DNA from: Candidatus Bipolaricaulia bacterium
GTDB taxonomy: Bacteria > Bipolaricaulota > Bipolaricaulia > JBHIAT01
Assembly (NCBI GenBank): GCA_046758705.1
Contig: JBHIAT010000014.1
Coordinates: forward strand, 1-35,550
DNA length: 35,550 nucleotides
Direction of reading: 5' to 3'
Made by a program: the position numbers and the translations under genes. The notes beneath the pieces were generated by a model. The model was not told the origin of the DNA and did no database searches. It was given only the letters and a program-made list of their open reading frames with translations. Below are positions 17,359 to 26,704 of the stretch, in pieces; positions within the stretch are counted from its first letter, which is position 1; each line of letters opens with the position of its first letter.

Positions 17359-18810
17359 ATGATCCGGTCGATCCGGTTGAAGAATTTGCTGGATGCAATT
17401 GAATACCTGGATCTGTGCGTCGATCCAGATGTGGATATCTCTGGAATCGCTTTCGACTCCCGCCAGGTGAGAGCCGGGGATCTGTTCATAGCGATCGTCG
17501 GTACCCAAGACGATGGACACAACTATATCGATCAGGCGATCGAGCGGGGCGCGGCCGCAGTCATTGGCCAGCGGGCCCGGCCCGGGAGAATCAACTATAT
17601 CCGGGTCGCCGACAGCCGGATCGCGTTGGCCGATCTGGCAGCCGCCTTCTACGATCATCCCACCCGAGGACTGTTCACCGTCGGGGTCACCGGCACCAAC
17701 GGCAAGACCACCGTCGTTCACCTGCTGGGAAACCTGTTGGATGAGCAACGGACCGCACAGTTGAGCACCATCCTCAACGCGATCGGCCCGCGACCGATCG
17801 GCTTAGGGACCACCACTCCGGAGTCGGTCGAGATCCAGGAACGGGCCCGGGAGGCCCTAGAGGCGGGGAAAGAAAACCTGGCTCTGGAGGTCTCGTCGCA
17901 CGCCCTGACCCAGGGCCGGGTGCGGGGGATCGACTTCGATGCGGCGATCTTCACCAACCTTACCCAGGATCATTTCGACTACCACCGCGACTGGGAGGGG
18001 TATCTGAACGCGAAACTGAAGCTGTTCACCCAATATCTGAATCGAGATAGCTGGGCGATCATCAACGGTGATGATCGCTGGGGGGACAGGTTCTCCCAAC
18101 AGGCCCGGGGTCAGGTCCTCCGTTATGGGATCGACGGTGCCGATCTCGATCTCCGCGCCGAGGCGATCTCCTTGGATATGCACGGCTCCTGGTTCGTCGC
18201 CCGAACTCCGCAGGGAAGGGTAGAAATCGAAACGAAGCTACCGGGGAAGTTCAACATTTACAACACCTTGGCCGCCATCGGCGTGGGCCTGATCCGCGGA
18301 ATTCCCGTCCGTGAGGTCCGAGACCGGATCGTGAGGGTAACTCATATCGAGGGCCGATTTGAGATCCTGCCGACCCGAACCGGCTTCACCGTGATCATCG
18401 ACTTCGCCCACACCCCCGATGCCCTCCAGCAGATCATCGGTGCCATCAAGCCCTCCTACCGGCGGGTGATCACCGTCTTCGGGGCCGGAGGAGAGAGTGA
18501 TCGGATCAAGCGGCCGATCATGGCTCAGGTGACAGGTCGGCTGAGCGACCACACCATCGTGACCAGCGACAACCCCAAGGGTGAGGACCCCGAGGCGATC
18601 GTTCGGGAAGTGGTGGCCGGCTTCGCTCCTGATGACGCATACGAGGCCATCGTGGACCGCCGAGCTGCCATCCGAAGAGCCTTGGAGCTTGCCGAGCCCG
18701 GTGATGCCGTACTGATCGCTGGGAAGGGCCATGAGCGAACCCAGATCTTTAAGGATCGGGAGATCGTGTTCAACGATAAAGTGTTCTTGCAGGAGGAAGG
18801 AATTATTTGA
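17359..18810 (+). CDS. murE: UDP-MurNAc-dipeptide:diamino acid ligase MurE
   Basis: GVTGTNGKTT, TTPES, LEVSSH, FTNLTQDHFDYH, IDFAHTPDA, SDNPK, AGKGHE. Confidence 0.95.
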   Translation: MIRSIRLKNLLDAIEYLDLCVDPDVDISGIAFDSRQVRAGDLFIAIVGTQDDGHNYIDQAIERGAAAVIGQRARPGRINYIRVADSRIALADLAAAFYDHPTRGLFTVGVTGTNGKTTVVHLLGNLLDEQRTAQLSTILNAIGPRPIGLGTTTPESVEIQERAREALEAGKENLALEVSSHALTQGRVRGIDFDAAIFTNLTQDHFDYHRDWEGYLNAKLKLFTQYLNRDSWAIINGDDRWGDRFSQQARGQVLRYGIDGADLDLRAEAISLDMHGSWFVARTPQGRVEIETKLPGKFNIYNTLAAIGVGLIRGIPVREVRDRIVRVTHIEGRFEILPTRTGFTVIIDFAHTPDALQQIIGAIKPSYRRVITVFGAGGESDRIKRPIMAQVTGRLSDHTIVTSDNPKGEDPEAIVREVVAGFAPDDAYEAIVDRRAAIRRALELAEPGDAVLIAGKGHERTQIFKDREIVFNDKVFLQEEGII

Positions 18811-18814
18811 TTAT

Positions 18815-20066
18815 GTGACGACTCCCCATGAATGAATTCAGGGGCTTCTCAGTTCATCGCCCCGACCTCCGTCGGGACTCCCTGAAGGCTCCGCCCGAGC
18901 CTCTGGATATTCACCGCCGCATTGTGATCTCGATGTAACTCCAAGCCACAATGCGGACACCTGTGCCACCTCTGAGAAAGACTCTTGATCACTATCTCTT
19001 CGCATCCCGAGCACTTCTGGTTGGTCCACTGAGGGGTCACTGCAACCACATCTCTACCAGCTTCTTCCGCTTTGTAGCAGACATAGCGCAGAAACTGTCC
19101 CCAGCCTGCATCCGATATGCTCTTGGCGAGATGGCAATTCTTGACCATGTTCTGAATGTTTAAATCCTCATAGTAGATGCGGTCATACTGATTGACCAAC
19201 TTTCGACTCAGCTTGTGATGGAAGTCCTTGCGCTGATTTTGAACTTTCTCGTGGGCTCGTTGAAGCAGCCGTACGGCTTTATGATGCCGGTTACTTCCTC
19301 GTTTACGCCGGGATACTCGTCGTTGCGCCTTGGTCAACCGTCGTTCAGCCTTGCGATACCATCGGGGATTCTCAATCTGGGTTCCATCGCTCAACGTCGC
19401 CAAGCTCTCCACACCCACATCAATCCCCACATCTTTGCCCATCTTAGGTAACGGCTCAGGTTGGTCCATCTCGACCGAGAAACAGGCGTACCAACGGCCA
19501 GCCTTCCGTATGATGGTTGCCGTCTTGATTCGGCCTTGCAGCGGACGATGTAACTTGATCTTGACGGCACCGATCTTGGACAGCCAGAGTTTGCCATCTT
19601 TCAGGTGGACGCTGCCATTGCTCGGTTGGGGAAAGGTAAAGGAGCTGTTTGAACCGAGAGACTGATCGAACAGCCAAACCGCTTCCAGGCGATGCGCCGC
19701 TCTTGCAGCCCTGCGTTATAAACCTCTCTACAGACATCGAGCCAGGCTTGGAGGATCTCAACTTGTTTGCGTGTCAGGTAGAGTCTGTATTTGAAGGTCT
19801 TGCGCATGGATCTTGATCTTGTCCTTTACTTAAATTACATCATAATCGAACTCACGACCCCGTGCCACGACAGATGTCGTAAGTAAAGGGTGAATGTTGT
19901 CACTATGACCAAACTATAACGATGATTCCTCGATGCTTGGCAGGTCAGTTCAGTCAGGAGAAGGAGAAGAGATCAACCGCCTAACGGCGGTTACGAGGGG
20001 TCCACGTATCCCTCGTATCCCCATGGATCAATCCAGAGGGCTTATGGCCGCCCCTCGTGCTTCCCT
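18815..20066 (-). mobile_element. Non-autonomous IS605-type TnpB element between convergent murE and coaE
   Basis: Right-end hairpin (minus) GAAGCCCCTGAATTCATTCATGGGGAGTCGTCAC ending at 18815; left-end hairpin AAGCCCTCTGGATTGATCCATGGGG near 20019-20043; TGAT at 20067-20070 as candidate target motif; no tnpA. Confidence 0.8.
18849..19807 (-). pseudogene. tnpB: TnpB, frameshifting internal deletion near 19642-19648
   Basis: N-terminal MRKTFKYRLY..VYNAGL is in one frame; SFTFPQ...GIDVG...EDL...CSGC..CPHC..RDHNAA is in another. The helical segment normally between them is missing. Confidence 0.88.
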
Positions 20067-20071
20067 ATCAG

Positions 20072-20710
20072 CTAATTGGTGAACTCGATCCGCAATCGCT
20101 CGAGCAATCTTTCGGCTCGGGCGATCGTATCTTCGGGGTCTCCGCTCGTGTCAATCACATCATCTGCCCGGGCCAGCCGCTCCTCCTGAGGGATCTGCTG
20201 ATCGATCCGATGGAGCGCCTCCTTCCGATCGATCCCGTCCCGCGCCATCAGTCGCCGCACCTGCTCCTCTGGGTCGACCCGGGGGGCCACCACCCGGTCA
20301 AAATGCTGGCGGGCGAATGCAGCTGACTCGTCGGAATCCAAGATCAGTGCAACCTCAATGACCAGAACCTCCGTCCCCATTTGCCGATGCTCGTTGATTA
20401 AATCGACAATCCGCTTGCGCACCGCGGGATGGACAATCCGATTCAGATCCTGTAGCGCCTGCCGATTGCTGAAGACGATCTTTCCCAGAGCCGCACGATC
20501 GATCTGGCCATCCGACCCCAGAATTCGCCGGCCGAAGCGATCGATCAGGTGTTTATAAGTCTCAGTGCCCGGGCAGTAACTGTCCCAGGCAATGCGGTCG
20601 GCATCGACCACCACAACCCCTGGTTGACGCTCCCAGGCGCGGACGACCATGCTCTTCCCACTCGCGATCCCGCCGGCCAAGCCGATGGTCAGCATACTTC
20701 CTCTTGACAT
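20072..20710 (-). CDS. coaE: Dephospho-CoA kinase
   Basis: IGLAGGIASGKS, DADRIA, IDRAALG.IVF, LNRIVHP. Confidence 0.94.
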   Translation of the reverse strand: MSRGSMLTIGLAGGIASGKSMVVRAWERQPGVVVVDADRIAWDSYCPGTETYKHLIDRFGRRILGSDGQIDRAALGKIVFSNRQALQDLNRIVHPAVRKRIVDLINEHRQMGTEVLVIEVALILDSDESAAFARQHFDRVVAPRVDPEEQVRRLMARDGIDRKEALHRIDQQIPQEERLARADDVIDTSGDPEDTIARAERLLERLRIEFTN

Positions 20711-21510
20711 CAGATCAGTGTGCGGTGAGCGCTGCTGACCAGCTCGACCAGATCGATCCGTTTAGATCGTCCGGCAACATTTTCCAGATAAAGGAAGAAC
20801 TCGATGTTTCCCGCCGGGCCGGTGATCGGTGAGAACATCGCATCGCTGACAGACAGATCGATCTCTTCAGCGTAACGACAGATCTCGCCGAGCACGTCGA
20901 CGTGGACTTCGGGGTCGGTTACCCGACCGCCCCGCTTCACGAATTCCCGGCCGGCCTCGAACTGTGGTTTGACCAACGCGACGATCGTCCCGCCTGGCCG
21001 GACGATCCCCCGAAGCGGCGGCAGGATTTTTTTGAGCGAGATGAACGAGACGTCAATTGTCGCCAGGTCGACCTGCGCTCCGATATCCTCCGGACGCAGG
21101 TGCCGGGCATTGGTTCGCTCGAGGACCACGACTCGGGGATCGTTTCTCAACTTCCAGTCGAGCTGGCCATAGCCGACGTCGACGGCCCAGACTTTGACGA
21201 CACCCTGTCTCAATAGACAATCGGTGAACCCACCGGTCGAGGCGCCGATATCGACGGCCGTCCTGCCGCGAACGTCCAACCGGAAGACCTCCAGAGCCCG
21301 CACCAGTTTGAGTCCACCCCGACTAACGTAAGGGTTCTTCCCTCGGACTTCGATCTTCGCGTTCACACCGACCTGAGTCCCCGGTTTATCGACCCGTTTC
21401 CCGTTCACGAAGACGTTCCCGGCCATGATCATCCGGTGGGCCTGACTTCTCGTCCTAAACCGCCCCTGCTCCACCAGCAAGCGATCCAGTCGCTGCTTGG
21501 TCTTAGTCAT
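20710..21510 (-). CDS. tlyA: TlyA-family rRNA 2'-O-methyltransferase
   Basis: S4 domain RLDRLLV, YVSRGGLKL, DIGASTGGFTD, DVSFISL, KPQFE, GNIEF. Confidence 0.95.
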   Translation of the reverse strand: MTKTKQRLDRLLVEQGRFRTRSQAHRMIMAGNVFVNGKRVDKPGTQVGVNAKIEVRGKNPYVSRGGLKLVRALEVFRLDVRGRTAVDIGASTGGFTDCLLRQGVVKVWAVDVGYGQLDWKLRNDPRVVVLERTNARHLRPEDIGAQVDLATIDVSFISLKKILPPLRGIVRPGGTIVALVKPQFEAGREFVKRGGRVTDPEVHVDVLGEICRYAEEIDLSVSDAMFSPITGPAGNIEFFLYLENVAGRSKRIDLVELVSSAHRTLI

Positions 21511-21568
21511 CGACCTGATCGGGCTTCAAGGGTGTTTTTAGCTCCCATGATTTCCCCAAAAGTGCCCC

Positions 21569-21718
21569 TTACTGTCCCCCTTTCACCTCCTTGGCATAGT
21601 CGAGGGTATCAACTTCAAGAAAAACAATCAACTTAGCCTTGATCTCCAGGATTTCCTCGGCGAGGCGCGACCGGTAAAGCAACGAACGCAGTTTGCGCCG
21701 AGCCTGCGCTGGCGTCAT
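21569..21718 (-). CDS. 49-aa small ORF (MTPAQARRKLRSLLYRSRLAEEILEIKAK...), possibly a relic
   Basis: Below the ORF-track cutoff; strong RBS AAGGAGG upstream of the ATG; manual translation. Confidence 0.4.
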   Translation of the reverse strand: MTPAQARRKLRSLLYRSRLAEEILEIKAKLIVFLEVDTLDYAKEVKGGQ

Positions 21719-21999
21719 GGTGAATCCCTCCTTTAAGAAAATTGGTGGAATGCTAATTGAGAAGAGTGTTTATCTTAACAAACTGTCTGATTAAGTGGAA
21801 GGATTTGCATGGTGAGGTTGTTTGAAAGTATAAAGTGTTAGAGAACTACCGAGGACAAGAAGCAACAATAGTATGATCTAAACTGTTCATGAGCGATTCC
21901 CTCCTTGTTTGGCACAGGATCTTTCAGAAATCTATTGTACCAAATCCCGGGAGGGATCGCTATTTCCAAGGTTCCATTGAACATCTATGAAAGCGCTGC

Positions 22000-22193
22000 C
22001 TTTGTCAAGTCCCCTTCTCCTTCAGGCTAACGATCCTGATCTCACCTCACCCAACGGTCCTGCTCGCTTAACTCAAGCCGATCTTGCCGGAAACATCTAT
22101 TCGCCGTCTCTTCGCTGCCTGCGGCATGAGTATATTCAGCCGAAGTGTCGCAATCATACGTCGTATCTCTTTGGATACATGTTCAATTCGCGC
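22000..22193 (-). ncRNA. Candidate bridge/seek RNA of the IS1111-type element
   Basis: Non-coding right end with stem-loops (e.g. GTATC-caaaga-GATAC) and short segments matching the target flank and donor junction. Confidence 0.6.
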
Positions 22194-23255
22194 TTACCCC
22201 GGCTTTGGCAAAACCGTGCTCGCCTTCGGTTCCTTGTAAGGTTCTCCCTTCTTCAACACCCAGTAAGCCGCTTCAGAAAGATGTCGGGCCACGGCCCCGA
22301 CCGCTATGGACGGTCCCCTCCGACTTCTGATCCGCTTGTACAATCGGGTGACGTGCCGCTGCCGCCACCCTCGGTGGTTTTGATGCCGGACCACCACATT
22401 CGCCGCCTCGATGAACGCCCACTTCAGATACCGGTTCACGTCCTGGCGCATCCTCCCATGCCTGACCTTGCCCCCGCTGGCTTTGACCTTCGGGGTTGTC
22501 CCACAATAGCTCGCAAACCGCTCGTTGTCCGGGAAGCGATCAATACAGCCCATCTCCCTCTCGATGACTATTGCCAGAATGTCCCCCACCCCAGGAAGCG
22601 TCTTGAGCCACTTCATGCTCTCTGTCACTTGGATCCGTTCTTTCATCCGCGCTTCGAGCTGGTCAATCTGTTTTTGGATCTCATCCAACACGTCGAGATG
22701 CTGCTCCAGGCACCGGCGGGTCTCAGACGGCAGCTTTTGGATCGCCTGAGTCAGCAATCTTCGGCCCTCCCCGCCAAAGATGTCGCTGACCTCATCGATG
22801 GTAATGGCATACTTGGCTAACGTGGAATGAACCCTGTTTTTGAGCGCGGTTCTCACCTTGCAAAGCGCCATTCAGGTTCGGGGCAACTCCCGTTCGTCTC
22901 TCAGCTCCCCAGGTGGGAGCCAAACCTGGGGCAAGGTCCTGTTCCTCAGCAGCGTGGCTAGCCCCTTAGCATCGAGCTTGTCGGTCTTGTTGGTCTGTCC
23001 CATCATCAGCTTGGCTTTCGCCGCATGGGCCAACAGCGGCTCACAGCCGGCCGCTTCGATCTCATCAACGATCCAGTACCAGTTCCCCACCGTTTCCACC
23101 GCCACCGGAGTCCCTTCAGGAAACCGGGTGAAGTAGTCTCTGATAGCGCCACGAGCGTGCATCACCTTGGCTTCGTGTCTGAGCTGACCGGTCTCGTCCA
23201 GGACGGCAATTTGAGAGAACTTCTTGTGCGCGTCACATCCGACATAGTCACTCAT
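22194..23255 (-). pseudogene. IS110 DEDD recombinase with premature TGA at 22872-22874
   Basis: GCDAHK, AVETVG, KTDKLD, PGVG, ASGG. The two ORF-track halves are in frame across one stop (LPRT*MAL, likely CGA>TGA). RBS AAGGAGGTG before ATG 23255. Confidence 0.9.
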
Positions 23256-23425
23256 GCTGCGACACCTCCTTAATGCCTTAGACTTGGGATAGTATAGCAA
23301 ACGGTTAAGCCTGCTCTGCCTTCCCAAGTATTGCACAGTGCCGCAGCGCTTTCATATAATTATACTAAGATTTAAAGTTAAGATATGATTCGTTGCTGAA
23401 TAGCCCTTTCATCTTAGATCTCTTT

Positions 23426-24032
23426 TTATTTTTTGCCACTATGCCCTCCAGGATGAGAAGCTGTCATACGGTGTAAAGAAGCAGTGAGAATAGGCTTGTT
23501 CTCGAACTCTGCTACGCAATCTTCTGTTGAAAGATCCCGATAATACTTGAGGATCGTCTCAACAATATCACTGGTGTTCTGTTGCATCACTTTGATGTCT
23601 CTACCAACTATTCTCAACTACCGGATGAACGTATGTCGTAGCCAATGAAACGTTACCAGGGTATAGCTGTTGGAGTCAAGACGAATACCAACTTTCTGAC
23701 ACCATTTTTTAGCTTCCTATTGGAAGTTTTCCCACTGAAAGGGAAAAACAGTGACGATCTTTGCTTCTTGACTCTTAAATACATTCTTAGATGTGAGCCT
23801 ATAGATCGAGAGAAAACGACATTTCCTCCATTAATCCTTCTTCTCATCATAAACCTGAATGACCTGTCTCTCATACTCGATGTTTGAAGCTTGAAAGGAA
23901 ACAGCTTCTGGCCTGCGTAAACTTGTCTCTAATGCAAACAGAATAAGCGTTTTATCCTTATCTCTCTTGTGGCTTCAAAAATTGGTTCGGATCCAAGATC
24001 GGTATCTTCAGCGAATAGTGGCTTCACCCATT
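23426..24032 (-). pseudogene. Degenerate tyrosine recombinase/integrase
   Basis: Reading across frameshifts and stops: DKTLILFALETSLRRPE (box I R)...VYDEKKD*WR...FHWLRHTFIR* (HxxRH)...QQNTSD..ETILKYY (catalytic Y). AT-rich. Confidence 0.72.
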
Positions 24033-24243
24033 TCGACAATCAGCTTAAAGCACACCATATCCATCCACAAGGTCACGTGTCTTGTAGAGACGGTGAATTT
24101 TGTCACCGCCTCAGAGGGGCAACAGAATATGTACAGTTGTCAGATCAATCGCTATAAGACGACCAGTTTCACCCATGTGGTCTACCACAAGTTTTTCATA
24201 GCGGTTTTCCGATCTGGAACGGGTCTTCTGTTAAGCGATCAAA

Positions 24244-24307
24244 TTGACCGCTCCTCCTTCACTTTGTACACTGAATTGTAATGGCTGATTACTACATCAT
24301 CATTACA
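24244..24307 (+). promoter_or_regulatory. Toxin-antitoxin promoter with candidate operator
   Basis: TTGACC(24244-49)-N17-TACACT(24267-72); inverted repeat TGTAATG(24277-83)...CATTACA(24301-07) just downstream. Confidence 0.55.
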
Positions 24308-24324
24308 TTCCAAACTGGAGGGAC

Positions 24325-24612
24325 GTGGCCATGGGGATGAAGTCGGTCCAGGTGCGGTTAAGTGAGGAACAGCTTGCGGAGATTGACAGCAAGGTGAAGG
24401 CTGGAGAGTATCCCAGCTGCTCTGAGGCGATTCGGTCCTATCTTCGCAAGGCGCAGACCTGGGAACTCCTCGAGCGTCTTCTTGAGCTAAGCGAGCGGAA
24501 GGATCAGATCGAGGTCCCGGTACTTCGAGATCTGGAGCGGCTTCGTGAAGAGGTCTATCGGGAGTATGTCACACCGAAGCGAAAGCGGAAACGGCGGGAA
24601 AAGCGAGCATGA
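24325..24612 (+). CDS. Ribbon-helix-helix (CopG/ParD-like) antitoxin or regulator
   Basis: MKSVQVRLSEEQLAEIDSKVKAGEYPSCSEAIRSYLR; ATGA overlap with the downstream toxin remnant. Confidence 0.8.
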   Translation: MAMGMKSVQVRLSEEQLAEIDSKVKAGEYPSCSEAIRSYLRKAQTWELLERLLELSERKDQIEVPVLRDLERLREEVYREYVTPKRKRKRREKRA

Positions 24613-24674
24613 AGGTTCTCGCGGATACCAGCATCACTCAATTTCCAGCCTGTTGAAGCGCTCAAGGCTCTTAG
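24609..24674 (+). pseudogene. PIN-domain toxin N-terminal remnant
   Basis: MKVLADTSI then, after a frameshift, ISSLLKRS (PIN-type start DTxxLIS.LL); ends at the IS insertion. Confidence 0.6.
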
Positions 24675-25642
24675 CTAGTTCTCGGTGCAAAAAGGATGCA
24701 TCGATACCCGTTTCAGGATATACTCAAGGCACCTGAAACACAACTTTGAGAAGGTGACCCGACCATGCTGCGTGACCACTATGAGCCCGATGATCTCTTC
24801 GCCAAGGTCCCCGAACTCGCCCTGAAGCTCGATCCGACCCTGGCCCAGTTGGATACCCTCCTCGACGACGATGCGTTGTTCAATACCATCAAAGCCGATT
24901 TGCAAACGCGCTATCCCCAGACCCCCACCCGAGGCCGACCCTCCACCCCGATGGCAGTCATCCTGCGCATGTTGGTCCTCAAGCACCTGCAGAACTGGAG
25001 TTATGAGGAACTGGAGCACTTTGTGGCTGACAGTCTGGTGCTGCGCCAGTTCTGTCGGGTCTACCTCAACCGCGTCCCCGATGATACGGTCCTGATCCGC
25101 TGGGCGAACACGATCCAACCGGAAACGCTCCATCAGCTCCACGAACGGGTGGTGCAACTGGCCCGCTCAGTGAACGTCACCCGGGCGCGCAAGCTGCGGG
25201 TGGACAGCACGGTGGTGGAGACCGACAGGCACCCGCCCAGCGACAGCTCGCTGTTAGCGGTAGTCGGAGATCGGGGGTGTTGGTCAGCGGAGAACGAGCG
25301 GTATGCCAAGCAGCAGGGAGTGAAGCAGATCGGGTTACCGAAGTCGGGGAAGACGAGCGAGGCGCGAGTGAAGCGAGAACAGGCGAGGTGGTTTAAGCGG
25401 TTGCCGCGGTTTCGCGCGGGGATCGAGGGACGGATCAGCGTGCTGAAGCGCAAGCATGGGCTGAGGCGGTGTCGGGATCACGGGGAGGCGGGATTTGCGC
25501 GCTGGGTGGGCTGGGGAATCATCGCGGGGAACCTGACGGTAATGGCGCGGACGATGGCGGCGAGGGGATAGCCATAGACAGACCCAGAGGACAGGGCGGG
25601 AATCCTAAGTGAATGTTCAGGGAATTTCGCACCAGAAACTAG
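24675..25642 (+). mobile_element. IS5/ISNCY-like insertion sequence, internally deleted
   Basis: CTAG at both ends (24675-78, 25639-42); imperfect IRs GTTCTCGGTGCAAAA / GTTTCTGGTGCGAAA. Confidence 0.82.
24765..25571 (+). pseudogene. DDE transposase (DUF772 N-terminus) with large in-frame internal deletion
   Basis: GRPST..VILRMLVLKHL.NWSYE, RVDSTVVET..PSDSSLL joined directly to AVVGDRG, then RAGIEGRIS.LKR; the segment normally between them is absent. Confidence 0.78.
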
Positions 25643-25663
25643 CTGATGCTATAATTGAATATC

Positions 25664-26059
25664 ATGAAGCAAGATAAGAAGAACCTGCAGAAGGCTAAGA
25701 TCAGCCCCGCGTTCGAGGTGCGTTTGAATCGTCTTGACCCACAGCAAGAGGTGCGGGCGATTGTCCTGTTGCGCATTCATGATTCGAGAGAAGCATCTTC
25801 GAAAAGCCGCTCGCATGGCCGACAAGAGAAGATCGAGGCAATTCGCAAATCAGCTAAGGAGGCTTTGAACGATGTATATGGCATCCTCAAACGCCATGGC
25901 GGTGAATGCTTAGCTGAAAGTCCTGACGCGCTGGGCTCTATCCCCATCGAAACGACCGTTGCCGGAATCAAAGAGCTTGCTACTTCCGAGCACGTCAAGG
26001 CCATTCTTGAAGACCAACCGATCTCTGCACTTTACAAGCCGAAAGACGAAAGGAATTGA
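25664..26059 (+). CDS. Hypothetical protein, resembles a stand-alone subtilase propeptide (inhibitor I9-like) fold
   Basis: KIS..F..RL....QEVRAIVLL ... LGSIPIE.T..GIKELA.SEHVKAILEDQPI pattern; family assignment from recall only. Confidence 0.5.
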   Translation: MKQDKKNLQKAKISPAFEVRLNRLDPQQEVRAIVLLRIHDSREASSKSRSHGRQEKIEAIRKSAKEALNDVYGILKRHGGECLAESPDALGSIPIETTVAGIKELATSEHVKAILEDQPISALYKPKDERN

Positions 26060-26060
26060 A

Positions 26061-26651
26061 ATGAAAAAGAAATTCAATCAAGTGTACCAATTTAAAATTA
26101 CGCTGGAGGATAGTAAACCACCGATTTGGCGACGAATACAAGTTCCACAAACCTATACGTTTTGGGATTTACACGTCGCTATTCAAGATTCAATGGGTTG
26201 GGTAGATTATCACCTCCATGAATTTGAAATCATTGATCCCGCTAATGGGGTAGTGAGAATAGGGATCCCTGAAGGAGATTTTGATAGAGAAGTCCTTGCA
26301 GGATGGAGACAAAAAATAGCTGACTATTTTTCTATGGAAAATCGATTAGCTGGGTATGTATATGATTTTGGTGATAATTGGGTACACAAAATACAATTGG
26401 AAAAGATACTTCCCAGAGAAAAAAATATTAATTATCCGATATGTATCAAGGGAAAAAGAGCATGTCCCCCAGAAGATTGTGGAGGGATTTGGGGGTATGA
26501 GGAACTTTTAGAAACCATAAAAAATCCCAATCATGAGGAGTATGAAGAGATGTTGGAATGGCTTGGTGGAGAATTTGACCCAGAACATTTTGATGTGAAA
26601 GAGGTTAGCTTTGATGATCCTGACAAACGTCGCAAAATGGCATTCGGGTAG
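26061..26651 (+). CDS. Plasmid pRiA4b ORF-3 family (IS1096 passenger TnpR-like) protein
   Basis: YQFKITL...PPIWRRIQVP, DLHVAIQ..MGW..YHLHEF, YVYDFGDNW.H, G.RACPPEDCGG.WGY; AT-rich. Confidence 0.9.
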   Translation: MKKKFNQVYQFKITLEDSKPPIWRRIQVPQTYTFWDLHVAIQDSMGWVDYHLHEFEIIDPANGVVRIGIPEGDFDREVLAGWRQKIADYFSMENRLAGYVYDFGDNWVHKIQLEKILPREKNINYPICIKGKRACPPEDCGGIWGYEELLETIKNPNHEEYEEMLEWLGGEFDPEHFDVKEVSFDDPDKRRKMAFG

Positions 26652-26704
26652 AAGATGCACATCACCGAGGTAGGCGACATTGCTCAACCAAGAAGGAGTG
26701 AGCC

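Larger units (their letters stand above)
21985..23367 (-). mobile_element. IS110-family (IS1111 group) element
   Basis: 14-bp subterminal inverted repeats TATGAAAGCGCTGC (21986-21999) / GCAGCGCTTTCATA (23343-23356); shared TAG core at both ends (minus strand); about 200-bp non-coding region 3' of the recombinase. Confidence 0.9.

Noticed and set aside
18565-18580. MurE DNPK instead of DNPR as a sign of unusual peptidoglycan
   Set aside because: A conservative basic substitution; specificity cannot be inferred from this alone.
22872-22874. TGA recoding (Sec/Trp/Gly) in the IS110 recombinase
   Set aside because: TGA is a normal stop in many genes here (recG, gatC, murE), and an Arg CGA>TGA transition explains it.
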